Source: Acutalibacteraceae bacterium (lineage in GTDB: Bacteria > Bacillota > Clostridia > Oscillospirales > Acutalibacteraceae). From it: a stretch of 32,000 bases of DNA. Made by a program: the position numbers and the translations under genes. The first letter of the stretch is position 1; each line of letters begins with the position of its first letter. Positions 8,666 through 16,844 of this stretch are shown here, in pieces. The stretch lies in the NCBI GenBank assembly GCA_045589395.1, contig JAZNOZ010000007.1, positions 99,304-131,303 on the forward strand, given 5' to 3'. The notes under the pieces were generated by a model, which searched no databases, was not told the origin of the DNA, and saw only the letters and a program-made list of their open reading frames with translations.

Positions 8666-9880
8666 TTATTCTGTTAAATAGCTGTATGCTGCCTGATATT
8701 GCACATCATCTGCCTGAGCCAAAACGGCAAGCTGATTTTTGATATTTTCTGTTGTGAGAATAATCTCATCGGGCAAAACACCGACATCATCATAACAGTC
8801 ACTTATATAAGGATATATTTTTGCAACAGTCAACAAAACTGCTCCGCCGTCATCCAATCTGAAAATTTTCTGTATTGTGCCGTGACCTGCAGTTGTTTCA
8901 CCAATAAGTCTTGCTTTGCCGAAATCGCGCAAATCACATGCCAGAAGCTCCGCAGCACCTTCAGTTCTGTCGTTCATCAAAACAACAATGGGAAGCGTTA
9001 TGCCGGATGCATCGGATGAATATATTTCTACAGTTTCACCGCTTGAATTTTTTGCAACAGCAAGCGCACCGACACCCTCTGTTGCAAGAGGAACAATAAT
9101 ATCAATAACATCAACAGCATATTCAAGATTATCACTGACATTGTTTCTTACATCAATAATAATTCCCGTAACACCGTTTTCATTAAAATGCTCAATAGCT
9201 TCGGAAAAGCTTTCAGCTGTATTCTCATAAAAAGCGGTAAGCTTTATGTATCCTACTGTTCCCGTTATACTGTAGTAGCAGGACTGCGCCTTATAGCCTT
9301 TTGCAACATTGACGGTATTTGAAGTTTCTTCACCGTTTTCATCAACACTGAGAATACTTAAGTTTATGCTTGTAAGTTTATCTCCTCCGAAAGAAGCAAG
9401 CAGCTTTTCTGCATTTTCCTGTGTTACTATCTCAGTATCAACAGCAGTTATAAAAAAGCCTTTTTCTATGCCCGCAAGTGCTGCAGGTGAGTTCTGGGCA
9501 ACATCCCCCACAAGAAGATACCCTGAATCCTTATCATAAGCTGCCTCAAGACCTATTCCCGAAACATTACCCAGCATTTCGCTGTAGTATTCAGCATATT
9601 CCTCGGCAGACAGATAAACACTGTATTCATCATCCAGACCTTCTATATATCCTTTTGCAATACTTGCATTAAGCTTTTCGGACTCAACATTTCCGTAATA
9701 CTGTGCTCTGACAAGCTCATCAATATCAGAAAGCTTTGAATACTGCTGTGCTCTCTGCGGTAAATCCTCAATAAGCTCATTATAAACATTCATATAAACA
9801 GTTACGGTAACTGCAACAGTTGCAGCAATCGTTATGAAAATCAATGCGATTGCTATTCCGAGAGGAATTTTTTTGCTCAT
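8666..9880 (-). CDS. membrane-anchored S41 (C-terminal processing protease, Ctp-like) homolog with PDZ region; catalytic motifs degenerate
   Basis: N-terminal TM helix, a PDZ-like segment GIGLEAAY..VGDVAQNSPAALAGIEKGFFITAVD, and an S41 core GYIKLTAF..IIIDVRNN..PIVVLMN..LIGETT.G.GTIQ. The expected NPGG, G(S/T)ASA(S/A)E and TFGKG motifs read NVSDN, RTEGAAE and TAGHG. Confidence 0.75.
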   Translation of the reverse strand: MSKKIPLGIAIALIFITIAATVAVTVTVYMNVYNELIEDLPQRAQQYSKLSDIDELVRAQYYGNVESEKLNASIAKGYIEGLDDEYSVYLSAEEYAEYYSEMLGNVSGIGLEAAYDKDSGYLLVGDVAQNSPAALAGIEKGFFITAVDTEIVTQENAEKLLASFGGDKLTSINLSILSVDENGEETSNTVNVAKGYKAQSCYYSITGTVGYIKLTAFYENTAESFSEAIEHFNENGVTGIIIDVRNNVSDNLEYAVDVIDIIVPLATEGVGALAVAKNSSGETVEIYSSDASGITLPIVVLMNDRTEGAAELLACDLRDFGKARLIGETTAGHGTIQKIFRLDDGGAVLLTVAKIYPYISDCYDDVGVLPDEIILTTENIKNQLAVLAQADDVQYQAAYSYLTE

Positions 9881-9972
9881 AAAATCACATCACCCTAGGG
9901 GGACGGTAGTAATCCGAACTGTGTATTTTATCGGATGATTTCCGCCACTTTTTTGTTAAAATACTCACAATT

Positions 9973-11328
9973 CTATCTTGAGCTAAGCGAAACATAATTC
10001 AAAGGATTAACCTTTTGTCCGTTTACACGGAATTCAAAATGAACATGCGCACCCGTAACATAACCTGTTGCGCCTGCATATGCAATAGTCTGTCCTTGCT
10101 TTACCTTCTGACCTGCAGAAACATTGAGCTTACTGTTGTGAGCATAAAGTGTAGCAATACCGTCACCGTGGTCAATTACAACATAATAGCCGTACATTGA
10201 ATGACGGGTTGCCGTGATTACGGTACCGGAAGCGGCTGCCGAAACACTTTTTCCGTAGGTTCCGCTCCAACAGCAGGTATCAACAGCATAATGCGTTTTA
10301 TACTTACCGGTTATGGGGTCATTTCTTCCGCCGAAATAAGATGAAATATATGCATCAGAATACTGAAGAGGCCAAATAAAACCGTCTTCAACTGTATCGG
10401 CATCACCCGAGCCGTGAGAAGCATTTGCAAGAATTTGCTCAATTTCTTTGTCAAAAGCAGCCTGCTCCTCCTCATATTTCTTAACAAGCTTTTTATATGC
10501 TTCACCCTGCTTATCAAGAGAGGCAAGCTTATTCATTGCGGAGGACTGCAGATCGGTTATCTTATCCTGTGAGGTCTGCAGCTCACTTTTTGATGCTTCA
10601 ATTTCATTCTGCTTTTCTTCAAGAGTTGCTATCTGCTTTTTATGTTCATCCTTTTTTACTTCAATATCATCAATCATAAGATTGTATTCATCAGTTAAAA
10701 TGGCAAGCTCGGCAATACGGTCATTAAGAGTGTCAATCATTGCACTGTCATTTTCCGCAATACTTGAAGTGAGTTCAAGAAGAATAAGGAATGAAGAGAA
10801 ATTTTCACAGCCGAGAAGCATTTCAACGGTAGATGTTGAACCGTACATATATATTTCACAAAGACGGTCTTTCAAATCAGAATAAACATCTTCTATTTCC
10901 TGCTGAGTATTGATGGTTTCAACCTGATTATGATTTATATCTGCTTCAATAGATGCAATCTCCGTATCAAGAGCATTGATTTTTGACTGAACAGAATTAA
11001 TATTTCCCTGTAAGGCTGAAATATTTTTATTAAGTACATCTATTTTGGACTGATAATTATCTATCTGACCTGTAAGCTCGGAAACATAAGCCTCCTGCTT
11101 AGCAATATCACCCTTAAGGGCATTGAGCTTATCTTCCGTTTCCTTGATTTTATCATCAAGAGCTGCCTGCTGGTCTTTTATGTTTTCAATCTTTTCTGCA
11201 TCTTCCTTGCTTATTGTTGTTTCTTCACTTGCAGATGTTGCAAATGCAACGGGCAAAATAAAGCTTGTGACAATAACAGAAAAGACTAAAAGTAATGAAC
11301 AGAGTCTTTTCATAAAATCAGCTTTCAT
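9973..11328 (-). CDS. secreted coiled-coil M23/LytM-family peptidoglycan metalloendopeptidase (EnvC-like architecture, catalytic residues intact)
   Basis: Signal peptide MKADFMKRLCSLLLVFSVIVTSFILPVAFA. About 280 aa of heptad-rich coiled coil. The C-terminal LytM domain has HYAVD (HxxxD), YAHNS and GAHVHFE (HxH). GGAG lies 8 nt before ATG 11328. The ORF extension to 11400 overlaps ftsX and was rejected. Confidence 0.85.
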   Translation of the reverse strand: MKADFMKRLCSLLLVFSVIVTSFILPVAFATSASEETTISKEDAEKIENIKDQQAALDDKIKETEDKLNALKGDIAKQEAYVSELTGQIDNYQSKIDVLNKNISALQGNINSVQSKINALDTEIASIEADINHNQVETINTQQEIEDVYSDLKDRLCEIYMYGSTSTVEMLLGCENFSSFLILLELTSSIAENDSAMIDTLNDRIAELAILTDEYNLMIDDIEVKKDEHKKQIATLEEKQNEIEASKSELQTSQDKITDLQSSAMNKLASLDKQGEAYKKLVKKYEEEQAAFDKEIEQILANASHGSGDADTVEDGFIWPLQYSDAYISSYFGGRNDPITGKYKTHYAVDTCCWSGTYGKSVSAAASGTVITATRHSMYGYYVVIDHGDGIATLYAHNSKLNVSAGQKVKQGQTIAYAGATGYVTGAHVHFEFRVNGQKVNPLNYVSLSSR

Positions 11329-12232
11329 CAACAACACTCCCCTGTTCTTTAAGATATCTGCCGATGGAGAAGGTGCTGCCCAGTCCGCCAGTAACAACAC
11401 TCAAAATAAGGAATGCGGCAAGAATATATCCTGCATAGTCCCAGAAGTTAACAAGTCCGCCGCCGAGAATACCGAAAATTGTAAGAAGAGCATCAGAAGC
11501 AAGAGCATAAATTCCGTACAAAACAACAATTGATAACAATGCGGATATTATACCGATAAATATACCCTCAATAAGGAAAGGCCAACGGATAAAAGAGTTA
11601 GTTGCTCCGACAGCTTTCATTATACTGATTTCGCGCTTTCTTGAGAACATTGTTATTCTGACCGTATTTGCAATAATGAACAATGCAACAACAAACAGAA
11701 GCACAATAACACCTATACATACATATGATACAGCCGTGCGTATCTTTGTAAGTCTTGATGCAAGATCACTGTTTTCCTGAATGCTCATAACATTCGGAAC
11801 ATTTCTTATCTGCTCAACAGTCTGTGAAAACAGGAGCATATCCGTAACGGTTACTCTGAAGCCGTCAGGCAAAAAAGAGTTATCCACACCGTCAAGTATA
11901 GAGGAATTGTTTCCCAAAGATTCAAGCACCTCTTCATATGCCTGTTCTTTAGAAACAAATTCAACATTTGTTATATTTTCTATAGCTTCAATTTCAGCTT
12001 TTACATCTTCAACGGCTTTTTCATCACTTTCTTTTTCAACAAAAACCATTATAACATTCTGAGATTCAATGTTCTGCAGCAAAGAATCAACATTGAAGAA
12101 AAGAAGAACTGCAACACCTATCATAACAAGACAAGACATAAGTACCGCTATTGAAGCCAGTGACATTAGTCTGTTTGCACCAATATTTCTGATACCTTCA
12201 CGGGTGAGGTATCTTAAATTTCTGCTTTTCAT
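11318..12232 (-). CDS. ftsX: cell-division ABC transporter permease-like protein FtsX
   Basis: 304 aa starting LRYLTREGIRNIGANRLMS. The layout is TM1, a large extracytoplasmic loop, then three TM helices. It lies directly downstream of ftsE. Confidence 0.9.
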   Translation of the reverse strand: MKSRNLRYLTREGIRNIGANRLMSLASIAVLMSCLVMIGVAVLLFFNVDSLLQNIESQNVIMVFVEKESDEKAVEDVKAEIEAIENITNVEFVSKEQAYEEVLESLGNNSSILDGVDNSFLPDGFRVTVTDMLLFSQTVEQIRNVPNVMSIQENSDLASRLTKIRTAVSYVCIGVIVLLFVVALFIIANTVRITMFSRKREISIMKAVGATNSFIRWPFLIEGIFIGIISALLSIVVLYGIYALASDALLTIFGILGGGLVNFWDYAGYILAAFLILSVVTGGLGSTFSIGRYLKEQGSVVDES

Positions 12233-12258
12233 GTATAAAAACCTTTCAGATAATACAT

Positions 12259-13089
12259 TTATTCCGAAGCTTCGGTTACTGACTGTTTTTCGCCGTTCTG
12301 CTCATCATTTCCGTAGCTTGAGAGGAAATTCTCTATTTCAGGATCTTCAGTAGGAGCCTGATAATATCCGCTGGGAGCTGTTTCGATAACAACATTCTCT
12401 TCTTGCTCAACGGTAATCTCGGGATGTGCAGTATCTGCGGCAACTGTTCCGTTTTTGATTGTGATTATTCTCTTGCCGTATGACTTGGCAAGGTCAACCT
12501 CATGAGTAACCATAATTATGGTTGTTTTACTGTTCTGATTTATATGGTCAAGCAAATCAACAATGCTTCTTGACATTTCCGGGTCAATATTACCTGTAGG
12601 CTCATCTGCCACAATAATATCGGCATGGTTTACAAGTGCTCTGGCAAGAGCAACTCTCTGCTGCTCACCGCCCGACAGCTCATTGGGAAGCATTTTTGCC
12701 TTCGTGCTGAGCCCCACAAGGCTTAATGCATAAGCAACTCTTCGTGACACATCCTTTGGCTTTGCCCCTATTACATGCATTGCAAATGCAACATTTTCAT
12801 ATACGGTTTTATTCGGGATAAGGCGGAAATCCTGAAAAACTATCCCGAGCTTTCTTCTGTAATACGGAATTTTTCTTGCTTTTAATTTATTTAACTCTAT
12901 TCCGTCAACAACAATACTGCCGGAAGAGGGCACTTCTTCGCGCATTATCATTTTCAGGAAAGTACTTTTACCTGCACCTGATGATCCGACAACAAAAACA
13001 AACTCGCCTCTGTCGACATGCAGATTAAGATCTGCAATCGCTTTTGTGCCGTTAGCATATGTTTTTGAAACATTCAAAAAATCGATCAA
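12259..13089 (-). CDS. ftsE: cell-division ATP-binding protein FtsE with ~50-aa acidic C-terminal extension
   Basis: Walker A GSSGAGKST, Q-loop, signature LSGGEQQR, Walker B IIVADEPTGNID and H-loop MVTHE. TTG start with GGAGG 9 nt upstream. Confidence 0.9.
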   Translation of the reverse strand: MIDFLNVSKTYANGTKAIADLNLHVDRGEFVFVVGSSGAGKSTFLKMIMREEVPSSGSIVVDGIELNKLKARKIPYYRRKLGIVFQDFRLIPNKTVYENVAFAMHVIGAKPKDVSRRVAYALSLVGLSTKAKMLPNELSGGEQQRVALARALVNHADIIVADEPTGNIDPEMSRSIVDLLDHINQNSKTTIIMVTHEVDLAKSYGKRIITIKNGTVAADTAHPEITVEQEENVVIETAPSGYYQAPTEDPEIENFLSSYGNDEQNGEKQSVTEASE

Positions 13090-13124
13090 GCAAATATTCC
13101 TCCTTTATAAAGATTAATATTCAT

Positions 13125-13160
13125 AACAAAGAGATAGGCGGTATGATAAACCATCCGCCT
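13125..13160 (-). terminator. probable terminator after the PucR-family gene
   Basis: AGGCGG(t)ATG-ataaac-CATCCGCCT hairpin, followed on the minus strand by the U-rich AUCUCUUUGUU. Confidence 0.45.
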
Positions 13161-13175
13161 TTAATTACTCTTAAA

Positions 13176-14261
13176 TCAATACTTAATGGGTGAAGAATCA
13201 AGATACTTCTTAACCATTAAAGCTACTTTGAAAACAATGGCATCATCAAATTCCCTGAGATCAAGTCCTGTGAGCTTACGGATTTTTTCAAGTCTGTAAA
13301 CAAGAGTGTTTCTGTGAACAAAAAGCTTTCTTGATGTTTCGGAAACATTAAGATTATTCTCAAAGAACTTCTGGATAGTGAAAAGAGTTTCATGGTCAAG
13401 AGTGTCTATTGAGCCTCTTTTGAAAACTTCACGAAGGAACATTTCACAAAGAGTTGAGGGAAGCTGATAAATAAGTCTTGCTATACCGAGGTTTTCATAG
13501 CTGATAATAATTTTTTCAGTATCAAAAACCTTGCCTACCTCAAGTGCCACCTGAGCTTCCTTGAATGAACGCGCCAGATCCTTTATGCCCTTGACTGTTG
13601 TACCGATACCGACAACAGCATGTCCGGCAGTTTCGGAACTGAGAGAATCTACTATGGATCTTGCAAGCTTTTCAAGATCCTTGCTTTCAACGGAAACAGA
13701 GATTTCTTTAATAACGGCAATATCCGTTTCATTAATGTTTATTACAAAGTCTTTGTTTTTATCGGGGAACAAGGACTGAATTGTGTCAAACACTGTTGTG
13801 TCATTGGTTTTTGCAAAACGCAGCAAGAAAACAACCCTTGTTGAATCGTTATTAAAATGCAGCTCTCTTGCCTTAAGATAAATATCACCGGGCAGAATAT
13901 TATCCAGCATTACATTCTTTATAAAGTTACCTCTGTCATACTTTTCATCATAGTATTGCTTGATGCTTGACAAAGATACTGCAAGTATTGAAGCATATTT
14001 TTCAGCAAGAGCATCATTACCCTCAACAAAAACTGAATATTCGGGCTGCATGGGAGAGCCGAATGAACGATATGTATTTCCGTTAATGGTAACAGCAGAA
14101 TTAACAGAAAAAGCTTCAGCTGCACCCGAAACAAGCACATCTCCTATTCTTCCGAGTTCTGTACATGAAACTATTGTTCCCGTTTCATCAACAACACCGA
14201 TAGTTCTGCCTACCGCATCTTTCATCTGATGGACAACGCTCTGAAAAAGTCTGTTCGCCAT
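13176..14261 (-). CDS. PucR/CdaR-family transcriptional regulator
   Basis: The C-terminal HTH NVSETSRKLFVHRNTLVYRLEKIRKLTGLD is typical of PucR_C. The N-terminus MANRLFQSVVHQMKDAVGRTIGVVDETGTIVSC resembles the CdaR diacid-recognition domain. ATG 14261 has an AAAGGAAG Shine-Dalgarno sequence. The ORF extension to 14342 was rejected. Confidence 0.75.
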   Translation of the reverse strand: MANRLFQSVVHQMKDAVGRTIGVVDETGTIVSCTELGRIGDVLVSGAAEAFSVNSAVTINGNTYRSFGSPMQPEYSVFVEGNDALAEKYASILAVSLSSIKQYYDEKYDRGNFIKNVMLDNILPGDIYLKARELHFNNDSTRVVFLLRFAKTNDTTVFDTIQSLFPDKNKDFVININETDIAVIKEISVSVESKDLEKLARSIVDSLSSETAGHAVVGIGTTVKGIKDLARSFKEAQVALEVGKVFDTEKIIISYENLGIARLIYQLPSTLCEMFLREVFKRGSIDTLDHETLFTIQKFFENNLNVSETSRKLFVHRNTLVYRLEKIRKLTGLDLREFDDAIVFKVALMVKKYLDSSPIKY

Positions 14262-14358
14262 AATCTTTCTTCCTTTCAACAATAAAAAAACAATATTGAA
14301 ATACGAGTCGAGTTCAAATTTTATGCTTTTATACATTTTCACAACATATAACAGATAT

Positions 14359-14387
14359 ATAATACTTTTTTTTTACCAAAAAAGCAA
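14359..14387 (-). promoter_or_regulatory. sigma-A-type promoter candidate for the PucR-family gene
   Basis: On the minus strand, TTGCTT (14387-14382), a 17-nt spacer, then TATTAT (14364-14359). Confidence 0.4.
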
Positions 14388-14521
14388 GTAGTTTTATTAA
14401 AAGATACAAAAATTTTTATATTTTTTTATTCAAATGTGTTATAAACCTAACCACATAGCATAAAAATACACAACGACTTTAAGACTTTTTTGTCAATTAA
14501 GCCGTTGTGTAAATTAACCAA

Positions 14522-15256
14522 TCATATTTTTCGCTGAATTATTCTCTGAACTTCTTCAGCAGAAAGCTCTCTGCATTTGCCCTCAGGCAAGGATTTATCA
14601 AGCATTAAAGCCCCCATTCTTATGCGGTTAAGCTCAAGCACCTTATTACCAGTCGAGGCAAACATACGCTTTATCTGATGATAGCGTCCTTCGGTTATAA
14701 CAATGGAATACTGCGGTTTATTTTCCCTGTTTTCATTAAAACGCAGAAACTCGAGTGAAGCAGGCTTCAGTAAAATATCCCCTAAATTAATTCCTCTTGA
14801 AAAAGAGATTACTTCTTCTTGTGTAACTTCCCGTTCAAGTGTTACCTCATATTCTTTTTCTATATGATGCGAGGGAGAAAGAATATTATGAGCAAATTCC
14901 CCGTCATCGGTTATAAGGACAAAGCCTGTTGTGTCCTTATCAAGCCGCCCGGCAGGAAACAGTCCGCTTCTTTTAAACTCCTCGCTCACAAGATCAACTA
15001 CAGTTACATCCGTATCGGACGCGGACGCAGAAACTACTCCCTTGGGTTTATTAAGCATAATATAGATATGCTTTTTATAAGTAACCTCTTTTGATGCAAC
15101 GCACACCTTGTCACTGTCCGTATCTACGGAAAATTCTGCTTTTGACACATTAACCCCGTTTACCGTTACTGCTTTTGATTTTATAAGCTTCTTTGCATCT
15201 GTTCTTGAAATATTGAGTTGTGAAGACAGAAATTTATCAAGCCTGATTTTCTCCAT
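14522..15256 (-). CDS. S4-domain pseudouridine synthase, RsuA/RluB family
   Basis: N-terminal S4 domain RLDKFLS..ISRTDAKKLI and the catalytic motif GRLDKDTTG. 244 aa. Confidence 0.85.
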   Translation of the reverse strand: MEKIRLDKFLSSQLNISRTDAKKLIKSKAVTVNGVNVSKAEFSVDTDSDKVCVASKEVTYKKHIYIMLNKPKGVVSASASDTDVTVVDLVSEEFKRSGLFPAGRLDKDTTGFVLITDDGEFAHNILSPSHHIEKEYEVTLEREVTQEEVISFSRGINLGDILLKPASLEFLRFNENRENKPQYSIVITEGRYHQIKRMFASTGNKVLELNRIRMGALMLDKSLPEGKCRELSAEEVQRIIQRKI

Positions 15257-15265
15257 AAAACCTTT

Positions 15266-15736
15266 TCACTTTTTAAAGCCGTGCATAAAGCCGTCAAGTT
15301 CAACAGAGCATACATCACCGCCTATAACATAATCGTTATAGATAAGCAGTGTTATCTGTATACAATCCTTATCGGCATAGCCCGGATAATTTACTATTCT
15401 GTATACCCACTTAGTCACCTGAAAGCCTTTATAGCCGGAAAGGTCATAGCCCTGTGAAAGCTGAATTTCATTATAGGCACTGTAGGTATCATCAAACTCT
15501 TGGGGAATATATACTTCCCTTACATCAACGGGGTCTTCTTTGACCTCCCAACCGAAAGAAGAAATAAAAGAAATTCTTTCATCGGCATTGCCTGCTTTTG
15601 AAGAAGCCTGCATATATTTATCCTGCTTATATTTTTCAGACAGTGAAAAGATAAGAACTATTGATAAAATAACTGCTATACTTCCTAAAGCCGCACTTAT
15701 ACGGAACCCCATAGATTTGACTGAAAAAACAAACAT
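15266..15736 (-). CDS. membrane-anchored hypothetical protein, DUF4830-like
   Basis: N-terminal TM helix, followed by FGWEV...IPQEFDDTYSAYNEIQ..GYDLS.YKG......GGDVCSVELDGFMHGF. I recall this as the DUF4830 pattern. ATG 15736 lies 8 nt after GAGGTG. Confidence 0.5.
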   Translation of the reverse strand: MFVFSVKSMGFRISAALGSIAVILSIVLIFSLSEKYKQDKYMQASSKAGNADERISFISSFGWEVKEDPVDVREVYIPQEFDDTYSAYNEIQLSQGYDLSGYKGFQVTKWVYRIVNYPGYADKDCIQITLLIYNDYVIGGDVCSVELDGFMHGFKK

Positions 15737-15768
15737 AAACAAACACCTCGCACAATATATATGCGAGG
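15725..15768 (-). terminator. terminator-like hairpin downstream of the coiled-coil gene
   Basis: Minus-strand RNA CCUCGCA-uauauauug-UGCGAGG followed by UGUUUGUUUAUGUUUGUUUUUU. The 3' arm contains the Shine-Dalgarno sequence of the next gene. Confidence 0.5.
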
Positions 15769-15791
15769 CAGATTGTTAAAATTTACAAAAA

Positions 15792-16349
15792 TCAGTTATT
15801 GACTGATTTTTTAACCGTTGCGCTTCTGAGCTGCTGTGAAGCTGTTCTTACCTTATTGAGGCTTCTTGTGAAGTCTTCAATGCTCTGTGCAAGAATTTCA
15901 TCGCTCTCACTCATAATGGTGTCAACAAAATTGCTTGCACCGCTTCTGAGCTCTGCTGCCCACTTCTGGGCATTGTCAACAATCTCGTTAGCATTTGCTT
16001 TTGTTTTTTCCATTATGTCAGCTGATTCTTTTTTAGCCTGAGCAATAATTTCCTGAGCATTCAATTCAGCATTTTTTGTGATTTCGTGCTCCTCAACAAG
16101 CTTACGCGCCTGAATTTCAGCCTGCTTGATTTTGAGTTCAGCAGCATCTGATGCCTGTGAAAGAATCATCTTACGCTCAGCTGCAATTTTTCTTGCCTGA
16201 ATAACTTCATCAGGCATACTGATACGGATATCAGAAATAATGGAACGGATAGCATCGGCATCAACCTTTACCTTGCCGCCGCCGACAATAGAGGGCTTAC
16301 CTTCTTCAAGTATGTCCTCAATCTGATTAAGTAAATCTTCTACGCTCAT
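15792..16349 (-). CDS. coiled-coil protein of unknown function (ATP-synthase b/E-subunit-like repeats)
   Basis: The ORF is helical, rich in Ala, Glu, Lys and Gln, and has no enzymatic motif. ATG 16349 is preceded by AAGGTG. The ORF-track start (GTG 16358) overlaps the coaD stop codon. Confidence 0.4.
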   Translation of the reverse strand: MSVEDLLNQIEDILEEGKPSIVGGGKVKVDADAIRSIISDIRISMPDEVIQARKIAAERKMILSQASDAAELKIKQAEIQARKLVEEHEITKNAELNAQEIIAQAKKESADIMEKTKANANEIVDNAQKWAAELRSGASNFVDTIMSESDEILAQSIEDFTRSLNKVRTASQQLRSATVKKSVNN

Positions 16350-16354
16350 ATTTT

Positions 16355-16843
16355 TCACCTTTCTCCTATTCGGTCAATAATATCCTGTTTTATTTCAGAC
16401 GGAACAAAATCTGAGATGTCGCCGCCAAAGTTTCCGACCTCTTTAACAACACTTGAGCTCAAAAACATATATTCTGTGTTTGTTACAAGAAATACGGTTT
16501 CAACATTTTCTGCCAATTTTTTATTTGTTAATGCCTGCTTGAATTCATCTTCATAATCTGAAAGAACACGCAAGCCTTTAACTATTGCCACTGCACCTTT
16601 TTTAACAGCATAATCCGCAAGCAGGCCGTCATAAAAATCGACCTCAACATTCGGGATGTGCGCGGTTGAACGCTTTATAAAATCAACTCTCTCCTCGGGA
16701 GTGAACATTCCGCCGGCTTTTTTTGAATTTATAAGAACAACAACAATAACCTTATCAAACATTTTTGCAGATCTTGAAATTATATCAAGATGACCTACGG
16801 TTATAGGGTCAAAACTACCGGGACATACTGCAACAGACTTCAA
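16355..16843 (-). CDS. coaD: phosphopantetheine adenylyltransferase
   Basis: AVCPGSFDPITVGHLDII (T/HxGH nucleotidyltransferase motif). 162 aa. Classic rsmD-coaD pairing. Confidence 0.95.
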   Translation of the reverse strand: MKSVAVCPGSFDPITVGHLDIISRSAKMFDKVIVVVLINSKKAGGMFTPEERVDFIKRSTAHIPNVEVDFYDGLLADYAVKKGAVAIVKGLRVLSDYEDEFKQALTNKKLAENVETVFLVTNTEYMFLSSSVVKEVGNFGGDISDFVPSEIKQDIIDRIGER

Positions 16844-16844
16844 C

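Noticed and set aside
9881-9972. A stem-loop (GGCGG..AUCCGA...UCGGAU..CCGUC) and a CCCTAGGG palindrome between the M23 and S41 genes, considered as a terminator or regulatory RNA.
   Set aside because: No U-tract follows the stem and the spacer is short. It is most simply an mRNA-stabilising or processing hairpin within an operon, and there is not enough evidence to call it a feature.
10448-10885. Long antisense or out-of-frame ORFs inside real genes. Examples are 10448-10885, 1284-2144, 8699-9230, 11123-11533, 13960-14229, 4883-5245 and 22052-22399.
   Set aside because: They lie wholly within, and opposite or out of frame to, strongly supported conserved genes. They have Ser/Cys/Ile/Phe-biased low-complexity composition and no Shine-Dalgarno sequences. 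This is typical of shadow ORFs in AT-rich DNA.
11329-11400. N-terminal extensions of several track ORFs: 11400 (M23), 14342 (PucR), 18157 (HAD), 24317 (GNAT), 26215 (Cof), 28143 (GH43), 28978 (PTP), 30257 (rsgA), 5509 (metY) and 3049 (GH25).
   Set aside because: In each case an internal ATG is preceded by a good Shine-Dalgarno sequence at proper spacing and matches the family's usual N-terminus. The extension overlaps the upstream gene or lacks a Shine-Dalgarno sequence.
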